17,894 nucleotides of DNA from Paraspadella gotoi (GCA_051294375.1 JBJCIZ010001009.1:1-17894); one strand, 5' to 3'; counted from the stretch's first letter, positions 1 through 8,279 are shown. Translations and numbers: made by a program. The notes: generated from the letters alone by a model not told the origin.

Positions 1-41
1 GTTGTTGTTGTTGTTGTGGTTGTTGTTTAGACCGCTAAACA
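1..41 (-). repeat. Start of the 3' LTR (TGTTTAGCGGTCTAAACAACAACC...), continuing beyond the window
   Basis: Begins with TG immediately after the polypurine tract and matches the start of the 5' LTR at 7452-7490, including a (CAA)n tract. Confidence 0.92.
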
Positions 42-3000
42 TCCCCCCCCAAGCGCTGATGTTTCTTGATTGGCATTGGCGCTGATCGATTGGAGTGGCT
101 CATCCTCGTCGTCTGACGCAAAGAGTGATTGAGGAAGTGGCATCAGGTTTTTTACACGTCTCGGAGGTTGTATCCGTGAGGGAGGCGGCGCTGACCTCGC
201 GCGCGCTGCCCGTTTTCGTGATCGCTTAGGTGAAGGACTAGTTCTTTGTCGAGTTTCTTTGTTTTCGTTTTCACTGGAGGGAGTCATAATCGTGGTTTTT
301 TTTGGAGGGCGGCCTCGAGTTGGGGCTGTTGGGGGGGTTGGTGGGTCCTCGGCATCTATTGCAGCAGGCTTGATTCGATCGAGGGTTACCGTATCTTGAC
401 CGCGCCCGGGAATTTCGATGACGAGGTTTCTTTCACGGCGTTCGACGACGCGATAGGGACCCGAGTACGGAGGGATGAGTGTGCCAGCGTTGGGTGGGCG
501 GCGAACAAAAACAAAATCAGCGTTTTTGAGAGCTGTCGGCAATCTTGTAGTTGGTTGAGAGTGTGCGGATCCGGGAACGGGACGCATCAACGCTACGTCG
601 AAACGGAGGTTCCGTAAGGTTTCAGCTCGCTGAGGTGCATCCACTTCCGTTTCAGCTGCTTGAGCGCCGAGTAGCTCGCCGGGAATAGTGAGAACATCCC
701 CAGTGACGAGTTCTGCAGGAGATGCTCCGAGGTCGGCTTTGTGTGTAGTGCGGAGGCCAAGTAGGACCCATGGGAGTTGAAAGGCCCATTTATCGGCTGC
801 TTCTTCACAGCGGGCTTTTAACGCCGCTTTCAAAGTTCTGTGCATTCTTTCGCACATGCCGTTTGCTTGTGGGTGATAAGCGGAGGTGGTTGAGATTTTG
901 AATCCAATGGATTCTCCTAACTGACGCCATATTTCGGATGTGAATTGGGGTCCCCTATCTGAGGTGACTGTTGTTGGTACTCCAAAACGGGCAACCCAAT
1001 TCTGGAGGAATTCTGCTGCGATAGTGGACGTTGCAGTGTCATGGATTGGGATTGCCTCAGGCCAGCGTGTATAACGATCCACGCATGTTAAGAGATGGGT
1101 GTAGCCTGCTGACTGTGGTAAGGGTCCCACGATGTCAATGTGGACGTGCTGGAACCTGCGTTCAGCCGGAGCAAACTCTTGAGGTGGGGCATGGATATTG
1201 CGGTTGATTTTAGCCCGTTGGCATGCTGGGCATGTACGGGTCCATTCTGAAATGTCGCTGGATGCTGCGGGCCAAACAAATCGACTTGTGATCAGTTTTT
1301 TGGTTGCTCTTACTCCTGGGTGGGAGAGGTTATGAAGAGCATCGAAAATGCGGCGCCGCCACTTCTTTGGGACTAGTGGCCGGGCGCGACCGCTGCTGGT
1401 ATCACATAGGACCTCGACGTCGTCGACACGAACATTTTGGAATCGAAGACTGGTGTGCGCATCAGTGAGAAGACGTTGGACATCTTCATCTTCTTTCTGG
1501 TCGTGGGCGATTTCCGTGAAATTGATCCCTGCGGGTGCGACGGCGTTTATTGTTGCTTGGAGGGTTGGTGTGGCTGCTGGCGGCAATTGAGTTCTAGAGA
1601 GGGCATCAGCGACCACATTTGCCTTGCCTTCAATGTAGCGGACATCCGTTGTGTATTCTGCGATTGCTGCAAGCTGGTAGGCTTGTCGCATTGTATGTGG
1701 CTCTGATTTTTTACGGATTGCAGGAACAAGGCTGTTGTGGTCGGAGAACAAGGTGAAAGGTCGACCTTCAATGAATGGCCTGAAGTGGCGAACTGCTCGG
1801 AAAGCTGCAAGCAGCTCTCGATCGAAGGGGGGCCAGTTTTTTTGATTTTGTTGAAGTGGTGTCGAAAAGAATCCTAAAGGCATCCATTTTCCGTCAACCG
1901 CTTGTTCAAGGACAGCTCCAATTGCTGAGAGGGAAGCATCGACTGTCAAAGAGAGTTGAGCATCTTCCTTAGGATGTACCAGCATTGCGGCGGAGGAGAG
2001 AGAGTCTTTGGCTGCTTGGAAGGCGTTGTCACATTCTGATGTCCAAACGAGGCGTTTTGGTTTGCCACGGAGCGATTTGTAGAGTGGTTCGAGAATGTGT
2101 GCAGCCTTGGGCATGAATTTCCGATAATAATTTAGAACTCCCAGGAATCTTTGCAGTTCCTTGATTGTCGTAGGTGTTGGGAAGTTCTGGATGTCCCTGA
2201 CGCGTGAAGGGAGGGGTGACACCCCTTTGGCATCAACCTTATACCCCAGGAAATCTAGAGAGGCTGCACCGAATACACATTTGGAGCGATTAATGACGAG
2301 GCCGTTTTCTTCGAGAGAGTCAAAAACGCGAGTAAGGTCTTCCAAATGTTCCTCGATGGATGATGACGCGACCAAGATGTCGTCCAAGTAGACGAATACA
2401 TGCGGGATGCCGGCCAGGATATTATCCATCATACGCTGGAAATCCTGGGCGGCATTTTTTAATCCGAATGGCGTCCGAAGATATTCCCATAATCCGAAAG
2501 GCGTTATGACGGCCGTTTTTGCGATGTCGGCTTCATGCACCGGGATTTGGTGATAGCCTTTATAGAGGTCTATCTTTGAGAAGATGCTTTTGCCTGCGAT
2601 CTCAGAGTTAAAATCGGATATGTGTCGGATAGGATATCTATCATCCTTGGTCGCCGCGTTGAGTCGGCGGTAATCACCGCAGGGACGCAGGCTGCCATCG
2701 GGTTTCTTCACAACATGAAGAGGTGATGCCCAGGGGCTTCGGCTTTTTCGGACGATTCCCATTTTTTCTAGTTTCTCGAACTCTGCTTTCGCCGCGATGA
2801 GTTTGTCGGGGGCGAGGCGACGCGCTGGGGCATGGACTGGTGGGCCTTCGGTTAAGATGTGATGTTCTACTCCGTGGCGCGGCTTGGCGGGGTCGAAGGA
2901 TGGAGTAGTGAGATTGGGTCGTTCGTCGAGCAGACGGGTGAAAACGTTATTGACGACGTTTACGCGAAGAGATTGGCATGGTCGGACTTTGCCTGCGACG

Positions 3001-3236
3001 GTTGTAAAATCTTGACAATCGATCAAGACTTCAAGTTTTGGGAAAGGGGCGAGGTTGTGCTCCATTAGGAAATCGTTTCCTAATATAGGAGTAGAAACGT
3101 CCGCGACGGTGACGTCCCATTCGAACGAGCGGCTGCCAAGGCGGATTATCATTGAGCGCTTCCCAAAGCATGGGATGGGCGTGCCATTGGCCGCGTGGAG
3201 TGGGTTGGCTGTTGGGCCGGCGTGACGTTGTCTCAT
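27..3236 (-). CDS. pol: Pol polyprotein main ORF: C-terminal part of protease, reverse transcriptase, RNase H, integrase
   Basis: 1069-aa ORF. Protease tail AANGTPI...PILGNDFL; RT SPWASPLHVVKK, CGDYRRLN, PFGLKNA, YLDD; RNase H LTVDAS...DRELLA...SDHNSL...NVVADALSR; integrase H-x3-H...CPAC, HIDIVGP, SDRGPQF, NGMCER and GPY module. Confidence 0.97.
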   Translation of the reverse strand: MRQRHAGPTANPLHAANGTPIPCFGKRSMIIRLGSRSFEWDVTVADVSTPILGNDFLMEHNLAPFPKLEVLIDCQDFTTVAGKVRPCQSLRVNVVNNVFTRLLDERPNLTTPSFDPAKPRHGVEHHILTEGPPVHAPARRLAPDKLIAAKAEFEKLEKMGIVRKSRSPWASPLHVVKKPDGSLRPCGDYRRLNAATKDDRYPIRHISDFNSEIAGKSIFSKIDLYKGYHQIPVHEADIAKTAVITPFGLWEYLRTPFGLKNAAQDFQRMMDNILAGIPHVFVYLDDILVASSSIEEHLEDLTRVFDSLEENGLVINRSKCVFGAASLDFLGYKVDAKGVSPLPSRVRDIQNFPTPTTIKELQRFLGVLNYYRKFMPKAAHILEPLYKSLRGKPKRLVWTSECDNAFQAAKDSLSSAAMLVHPKEDAQLSLTVDASLSAIGAVLEQAVDGKWMPLGFFSTPLQQNQKNWPPFDRELLAAFRAVRHFRPFIEGRPFTLFSDHNSLVPAIRKKSEPHTMRQAYQLAAIAEYTTDVRYIEGKANVVADALSRTQLPPAATPTLQATINAVAPAGINFTEIAHDQKEDEDVQRLLTDAHTSLRFQNVRVDDVEVLCDTSSGRARPLVPKKWRRRIFDALHNLSHPGVRATKKLITSRFVWPAASSDISEWTRTCPACQRAKINRNIHAPPQEFAPAERRFQHVHIDIVGPLPQSAGYTHLLTCVDRYTRWPEAIPIHDTATSTIAAEFLQNWVARFGVPTTVTSDRGPQFTSEIWRQLGESIGFKISTTSAYHPQANGMCERMHRTLKAALKARCEEAADKWAFQLPWVLLGLRTTHKADLGASPAELVTGDVLTIPGELLGAQAAETEVDAPQRAETLRNLRFDVALMRPVPGSAHSQPTTRLPTALKNADFVFVRRPPNAGTLIPPYSGPYRVVERRERNLVIEIPGRGQDTVTLDRIKPAAIDAEDPPTPPTAPTRGRPPKKTTIMTPSSENENKETRQRTSPSPKRSRKRAARARSAPPPSRIQPPRRVKNLMPLPQSLFASDDEDEPLQSISANANQETSALGGGCLAV
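42..50 (-). promoter_or_regulatory. Polypurine tract (GGGGGGGGA), plus-strand primer site
   Basis: G8A run abutting the TG of the 3' LTR. It overlaps the last pol codons (LGGG). Confidence 0.85.
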
Positions 3237-3372
3237 TTGGTGCGATGAGGGAGACTGTGGCGCCTGTGTCCACCAGCCATGTAAGGTCGTTGTGGTGGTC
3301 GCGGACGTGGAGCAGCGTCTCTACTTCGCCGGCGGCGGCGCTCACTTCCTGCCGCCGGCTTTGCCATTTCCC
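3237..3372 (-). CDS. pol: N-terminal part of the aspartic protease, in the -1 frame relative to gag and out of frame with the rest of pol
   Basis: The frame entered at the slippery site reads GKWQSRRQEVSAAAGEVETLLHVRDHHNDLTWLVDTGATVSLIAPNE, which contains the catalytic LVDTGA. Confidence 0.88.
3328..3372 (-). promoter_or_regulatory. Programmed -1 ribosomal frameshift signal (gag-pol)
   Basis: Heptamer G_GGA_AAU (3372-3366) in the gag frame, 6-nt spacer, then a perfect 9-bp all-GC stem GCCGGCGGC (3359-3351) / GCCGCCGGC (3336-3328) with a 14-nt loop. The -1 frame is the protease frame. Confidence 0.85.
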
Positions 3373-4850
3373 CAGCTGCAGGTTACGCCGGGTCTAACCT
3401 CGCGACAGTTTCGTGCCCGTTTTCCATACTCCACATGGTACCAGCATGTGTCGTTTGGCATGTCGGTCGCTGCTGATACAAATTTGGGTTGTGATGGGCG
3501 TGGTCGTGGTTTCTTTCGTTCAACTCGCTTCCAGGATTGAGCGCCGCTGCCAACAGCGCAAACTTCTGCATAGGAACGCGGGTTTTCATCTTGCTCCTCT
3601 TCATGAGTGTCGTCCTCGTGAATGCAGGCATTTACTAATCCATTTGTGGCTGGGGGACTGACAACCAGGTTTCCGCCGTTGTCAAAAAAGGCGTCGGCTG
3701 CCCTAGCTGCGTCGTCAAGAGTGTTACTGTCGGTAAAAGCTATACTGCGCACATGAGAGGGCAAGGCATTAAAGAGGATTTCCTTGAAGATCATCTCTGG
3801 ATCAAGGCTTGAAAATGTGGCACGAATAATAGTGGCGAGTTGCGATGGTGTGCGGCCGCTCAAAGTCATTGGCTTCAGCATTCGAGCAGCACGTTGGCGT
3901 GGCTTTTCGTCGAAGAGGTTGATTAACCTGTTGTATACTGCTGGGTACGATGGGTGAAGACCGGGGCCGTAAAAATCCTGAAAAAGCAACTGGTGTTCCG
4001 CTGGGATTGCCGCGAACACGTGACTTGCTTTTGTTGCATCATCAGTGACGTCTGCAACTGTGAAAGCGGCTTCAGTGGCCGCCAACCAAACCCGTATATT
4101 TCTTGGGTCGAAAGATGGCAATTTCGGTGTGCGAGGGCGAGGAGCGGGTGGTGGAAATGGTATAGGGTGGGAGGCTGGAAGGACTGGAGTGGGAGATGCC
4201 TCCATGGGCGTAGAAGTCGCTCGTGCCGCGGGTGATGGTGACACGGCGGGGAATNNNNNNNNNNGCCGCGGGAGTATTGAAACGGTCGAGGCAGAGGCTC
4301 TCCGGCGGCGAGGATTTGGGCGATTGTTGCCGGCCGACTCGGGATAGGCATAAGTCGGGCGCAACATCGATGCGGTGGACGTTGGATCAGCTTGGGCCGC
4401 GCTGGCCGGTGCGGAAAAAACCGGGCCGTCACCCGCCGAGACGTCGCTGTTGGTGCCAAGCCCCGCGGGAGGCGTGGCGATGCGGAGGCGCTTGGGCAAA
4501 GAGGCTCCAGGGACATGATCGGCGTCAGTAGCGGAGCGCCGGCGAGTTGGCGCGCCTGCTCCTTGGAGTTTGAGGACGGCGTCCTTCAGTGGTGCAACAG
4601 AGGCGTCGTGTAATGCCCGCATTGATGATGCGGTTCGGGAGACGGCGCCATCGACAGCGCGCGCGACGATCGCGTCCAGATCCCCTTTTATTTTGTTTTC
4701 AGAACGCTCGAGGTATTGACAAAAACGGCGTTCGAGTTCTTGGATCCAGGGCGGATCAAAGGCATCGCGGGACTGGGCGGCGGCGCCGACGACAGATTCG
4801 TCGGCCGAGGTGACGCCGCGCCCGCGACCTTGATTAGCGTTATTTTCCAT
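3342..4850 (-). CDS. gag: Gag-like protein with Mag-type capsid region and Cys/His box; long N-terminal extension; spans a 10-nt N gap
   Basis: 502-aa ORF between the PBS and pol. KLPSFDPRNIRVWLAATEAAF...DDATKASHV resembles the KLPPFW..P..WF.Q.E..F block of Mag-type Gag, and it ends with CWYHVEYGKRARNC. Frame across 4255-4264 is assumed. Confidence 0.88.
   Translation of the reverse strand: MENNANQGRGRGVTSADESVVGAAAQSRDAFDPPWIQELERRFCQYLERSENKIKGDLDAIVARAVDGAVSRTASSMRALHDASVAPLKDAVLKLQGAGAPTRRRSATDADHVPGASLPKRLRIATPPAGLGTNSDVSAGDGPVFSAPASAAQADPTSTASMLRPTYAYPESAGNNRPNPRRRRASASTVSILPRXXXXFPAVSPSPAARATSTPMEASPTPVLPASHPIPFPPPAPRPRTPKLPSFDPRNIRVWLAATEAAFTVADVTDDATKASHVFAAIPAEHQLLFQDFYGPGLHPSYPAVYNRLINLFDEKPRQRAARMLKPMTLSGRTPSQLATIIRATFSSLDPEMIFKEILFNALPSHVRSIAFTDSNTLDDAARAADAFFDNGGNLVVSPPATNGLVNACIHEDDTHEEEQDENPRSYAEVCAVGSGAQSWKRVERKKPRPRPSQPKFVSAATDMPNDTCWYHVEYGKRARNCREVRPGVTCSWGNGKAGGRK
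4255..4264. other. Assembly gap (10 N)
   Basis: N run. Confidence 0.99.
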
Positions 4851-4883
4851 TATCTTGTGAGAAGGTTGCGATTTATTTCTTTT

Positions 4884-4896
4884 GTCGGGTTTACCA
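4884..4896 (-). promoter_or_regulatory. Primer-binding site, tRNA-Trp-like (TGGTAAACCCGAC)
   Basis: Follows the LTR end ...CCACA after a 3-nt spacer (ACT). 11/13 match to TGGTGACCCCGAC, the complement of the typical eukaryotic tRNA-Trp 3' end. Confidence 0.72.
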
Positions 4897-5042
4897 AGTT
4901 GTGGTGACTTTACTTGATGAGATTTTTGGTAAAAATTATCGAGAGTTGTTTAATGCGTGAAAGGCAAATATATTATGATCGAAGATCATCAACAAAAAAA
5001 GGAAACATAAAAACAAACAGTAAAAAAGGTTACAATGGTCAT

Positions 5043-5398
5043 TACACTGTTTTTTTTTAACCATGCAGTCGAAAATTTTCACAATCCTGTACAGTTTCTA
5101 GTATAATTTTAAGTGCTTAAAACGATTAACAAGGTGTCGTCAATCAGATTTTGCATTAGACCTGCGCACAATTTACCGGAAGTTGGCGTGGACTACAATA
5201 TGGATTTTTTCTTTTTACTACAAATTAAAAGTTAGGCAGTTGTTATTTACTTATCCTGCAATTAGTATAATTATTTAATAAGTAGTACTTAGACAAAAAA
5301 TGTTCAATAAAGGCTTTTCATCAATAGTGGGCGTGTCCCAAACCGGAAATAGTGCTCGATAATCAATTAAATATGTATTATTAAATGTTTTTGATCTA
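5043..5398 (+). repeat. Left terminal inverted repeat
   Basis: 5043-~5210 matches the reverse complement of ~7170-7338 with about 9 differences by eye. A second block, 5324-5398, matches the reverse complement of 6971-7045. Confidence 0.9.
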
Positions 5399-6970
5399 TT
5401 CTGACTGCTAATGGTTTTTTTCTGTTATATGACAGCTTTATCGCAAAAGATTAACATCCATATCATAAAAAAATTCAATCATATTTATCAATTATTACAT
5501 CTTAAAAAGATTCGTTTTTTAATAGCCAAAGGACTTTAAACTTTAACTATAAATATTCAAAATTTCATTTCAATTTCATTCAATTAATGAGACTTTTCTA
5601 ATTTAACAATTCCTGGTTTTAAATTTTAATACCTTTTACTAATTTAATTTTTTTTTATCAGTAATTTTTTTACTGGCATACCATTTTTTTGCTCAAAAAC
5701 TATAGCCGGAAGTTAGACCCTTTTTCATAAAGTTTTATGTAAATCTTTAGAGGGAATACCTTATTTTTCAGTTTTTCCAGGTGAAGGAGAAGAGAAACAA
5801 TATCCATGCATCAAAAAGTTAATCAGATTTATAATTTTCTTTTCTTTTCCTTAAAAAAAACCTTTAATCCAGCAATAAAAAAAATATTATTTATACCATT
5901 ATGTGAAATCCTTTCTTTTGTCGCGTTTTTGAATTAGAAGAGTTTGAAGTAGTTCAAGCAATGATTTTTCTTTAAACAGTGAAAAATTTTTTTTCAATAT
6001 CTATCTCTCTCTCTCTGGCCTAAACCTAACCTGTCTTCACCTCGACCTCTATCCTTTTCTCAAATCTTTGTTGAAAATTTTTCTCTCTCTCTTTCTCTCT
6101 CTCTCTCTTCCCTTACTCTCACATAATTTTCACTCTCTCTTCCTTTCTCTCCTCTCTCTCCCAAATATTTTTTGTGAAGTAAAAAAACTGTATACAATTC
6201 ATAAATGTGGATGAAGACTTGAATTAAAAGTTGAAACATGTTCACTGTTTAAAATCTGATACAAAAATAAGATCAGTTTTAATAAGCTGTATAAACTTTA
6301 TTAATTAGTTTTTTTTTTTATTAGTTTCATTTAACTTTAGTGCCAAGGGTTTTAGAAGTAAGACGACTCTTATTCAAACCTTGAGTATATCATATCAAGT
6401 TTCATTATAATAAATAATACAGCAATATAAAATTATTAAATATTTTATCGTTTTGACAAGGAATAACAAATATTTAGTATTAAGCAATTCATAGTAGAAT
6501 TTACAAGTTCATTTTTATTACTTTCATTTTACTTTGATCTTATGAACAAATCATTTTTCAAGGCAGTTCTTTTGTATTTTGCTTCTCTCTCTCTCTCAAC
6601 CTGACTTTTTCTGGAACAATTTACTTTTACTCTGGACTGCCTTTAAAAATGATTAGTTCATAAGAATCAAAATGTTGGCAAAAAAGTAAGAAAATCATAC
6701 TTATAATCCTACCACGAATTGCTTAATACTAAATATTTTTTTATTCCTTGTCAAAAAAAAGTTTATATGCTTAATACTAAATCATTATCTCCTGTGCATA
6801 TGATGTCTCTTCAACAACGAATTAATTCTGAATTTTAAGTTATTAAGAAACGAATCTTTTGTAACTGATATTTATTTGTCTATTTAGAGCTATGATAGTT
6901 TTTTATGATATATATGATAATTCTTTGTGATACAACTATCATATGATAATAAAAACCTTTATATTTATAG

Positions 6971-7338
6971 TAGATCAAAAACTATTAATATTGCGTATTT
7001 TATCAGTTTTTGAGCATCATTTCCGGTTTTGGACACGCCCACTATGGGTAAGACCTTTTTTAAAAAAAAATTTAAAGTAAAACCTATTAAATATTGAGAG
7101 TAACATAAAATTTAGGCAATTATTATTTTTTATAAAACTATTTTCTTATCTTGCAATTAAAGAAAAGAAGAAAATTCCATTTTGTAGTCAACGTCAACTT
7201 CCGGTCAATTGTGCGTAGGTCTAACGCAAAATCTGATTGACGACACCTTGTTAATCGTTTTAAGCACTTTAAAATTATACTAGAAACTGTACAGGATTGT
7301 AAAAATTTTCGACTGCATGGTTAAAAAAAAACAGTGTA
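6971..7338 (-). repeat. Right terminal inverted repeat
   Basis: Reverse-complement partner of 5043-5398. Confidence 0.9.
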
Positions 7339-7646
7339 ATGGTCATAAGCATAACAATAGAGAAAATCATGAAAGGGTAAACGAGATTACAAGGTCAGGT
7401 TTAACTGACCACTAAACGGTTAAGTGGTCGTTTGGTGAACGAGTTGTAAATGTTGTTGTTGTTGTTGTGGTTGTTGTTTAGACCGCTAAAATCGGGGATA
7501 AGAATGAGGAAGAAAGCGTGAAAGAGAAGAAGGATAACAGGGAAGAAGGGAAATGTAAAAGGTGAGGGGAAAGGATAAAATGAATGACGATGAGTCGTTC
7601 AAGTAAATGATCTAATGTGGCGAAATCCTCAGCTCGTCCGCGAGCA

Positions 7647-8197
7647 TCACACATTTCTTCCAGTTTGTATAATAACAAATTTCCGCTCACCCGCTGGACA
7701 CGTCGGAAACGTAGATAAGAAGACTTTCATGAAAGGCTCGTCCGATTGGCCGGCGCCGACGAACTCGAGATTATCGAGTTCGATGAAGCCTCGATCTCCG
7801 TCGACGCCCTTCACCGTCGCCGAGAGACGCCGGTCACGGACGAACATGGCGAAGAACTGCGCCACCTGCTTCGGGTATGCGTCCTCGACGCGACCAATAG
7901 CGTTCCATCCAGCAGAGCGAAGGCACGGCCAGGTTGGAGGGCGGTGAACCGAAACTTGTGGAATCGGGCGAAGGGTCGCGTCCTGAGGGAATCGTCGAGA
8001 AGGAAAAGATCGGCGACGTCGGCGACGACGAACGGCCGACGTCGAACGCGTCGACTTTGAATCGCTCCGTTGAGTCTTGACGGACGCGATGGAAGACGCG
8101 GCCGCGAGCGAAGGTGGACGCGTCCAATCGCAAGCAGACGAGGTCGCCTTGAAAGATGGCGTTGGGGTGAAGAGGAACGAGTTGACCCGAGACGTGG
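7647..8197 (-). CDS. Exon encoding an extended Tudor domain (core and C-terminal SN-like strands); at least two frameshifts; 3' end uncertain
   Basis: After acceptor ttttgtccag it reads HVSGQLVPLHPNAIFQGDLVCLRLDASTFARGRVFHRVRQDSTERFKVDAFDVGR /shift/ FVVADVADLFLLDDSLRTRPFARFHKFRFTALQPG /shift/ GWNAIGRVEDAYPKQVAQFFAMFVRDRRLSATVKGVDGDRGFIEL. This follows the eTudor pattern G.LC.A...D..WYRA.V.....V.F.DYG.....L..L...P.....L..L.P...W. Confidence 0.7.
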
Positions 8198-8279
8198 CTG
8201 GACAAAAGGGTCAGGGAATATGGGGTGGAGATATGGTGAAGATCTGACAACTCGGACTGAACACTCTTCAATTACTTAC

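Larger units (their letters stand above)
5043..7338. mobile_element. Non-autonomous DNA transposon (2296 bp) with long TIRs and 8-bp TSD; superfamily uncertain (MULE/hAT/P-like TSD, CACTG-like termini)
   Basis: Termini TACACTGTTTTTTTTTAACCATGCAGTCG / CGACTGCATGGTTAAAAAAAAACAGTGTA. ATGGTCAT is duplicated at 5035-5042 and 7339-7346. The interior is AT-rich with no transposase ORF. Confidence 0.93.
1..7491 (-). mobile_element. Ty3/gypsy LTR retrotransposon (Mag-like); 3' LTR cut off by the window edge
   Basis: Minus-strand order is LTR, PBS, gag, PR-RT-RH-IN, PPT, LTR. Bases 1-39 are identical to 7452-7490 (LTR direct repeat). Integrase after RNase H is the gypsy domain order. Confidence 0.96.
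4900..7491 (-). repeat. 5' LTR (~288 bp once the insert is removed: 4900-5042 + 7347-7491), interrupted by a DNA transposon
   Basis: Ends in CA (4901-4900) next to the PBS. Its start matches the 3' LTR but lacks the G of the TG terminus. Candidate poly(A) signals ATTAAA (4954-4949) and AGTAAA (4914-4909). Confidence 0.87.

Noticed and set aside
246-4907. Many short ORFs antisense to or overlapping gag/pol
   Set aside because: Shadow ORFs of GC-rich coding sequence with no motifs; no env-like or accessory gene seen.
5400-6970. Transposase or captured gene inside the TIR element (acceptor-like tttttccag near 5780; ORF 6060-6245)
   Set aside because: AT-rich with no sustained ORF or DDE motif; the ORF derives from a CT repeat.
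4900-7491. Interpretation as a single 2.6-kb LTR
   Set aside because: 2.3 kb of it is bounded by TIRs and an 8-bp TSD, so it is a nested insertion in a ~290-bp LTR.
8198-8279. N-terminus MKSVQSELSDLHH... of ORF 7834-8271
   Set aside because: Better explained as read-through of an 82-nt GT-AG intron.
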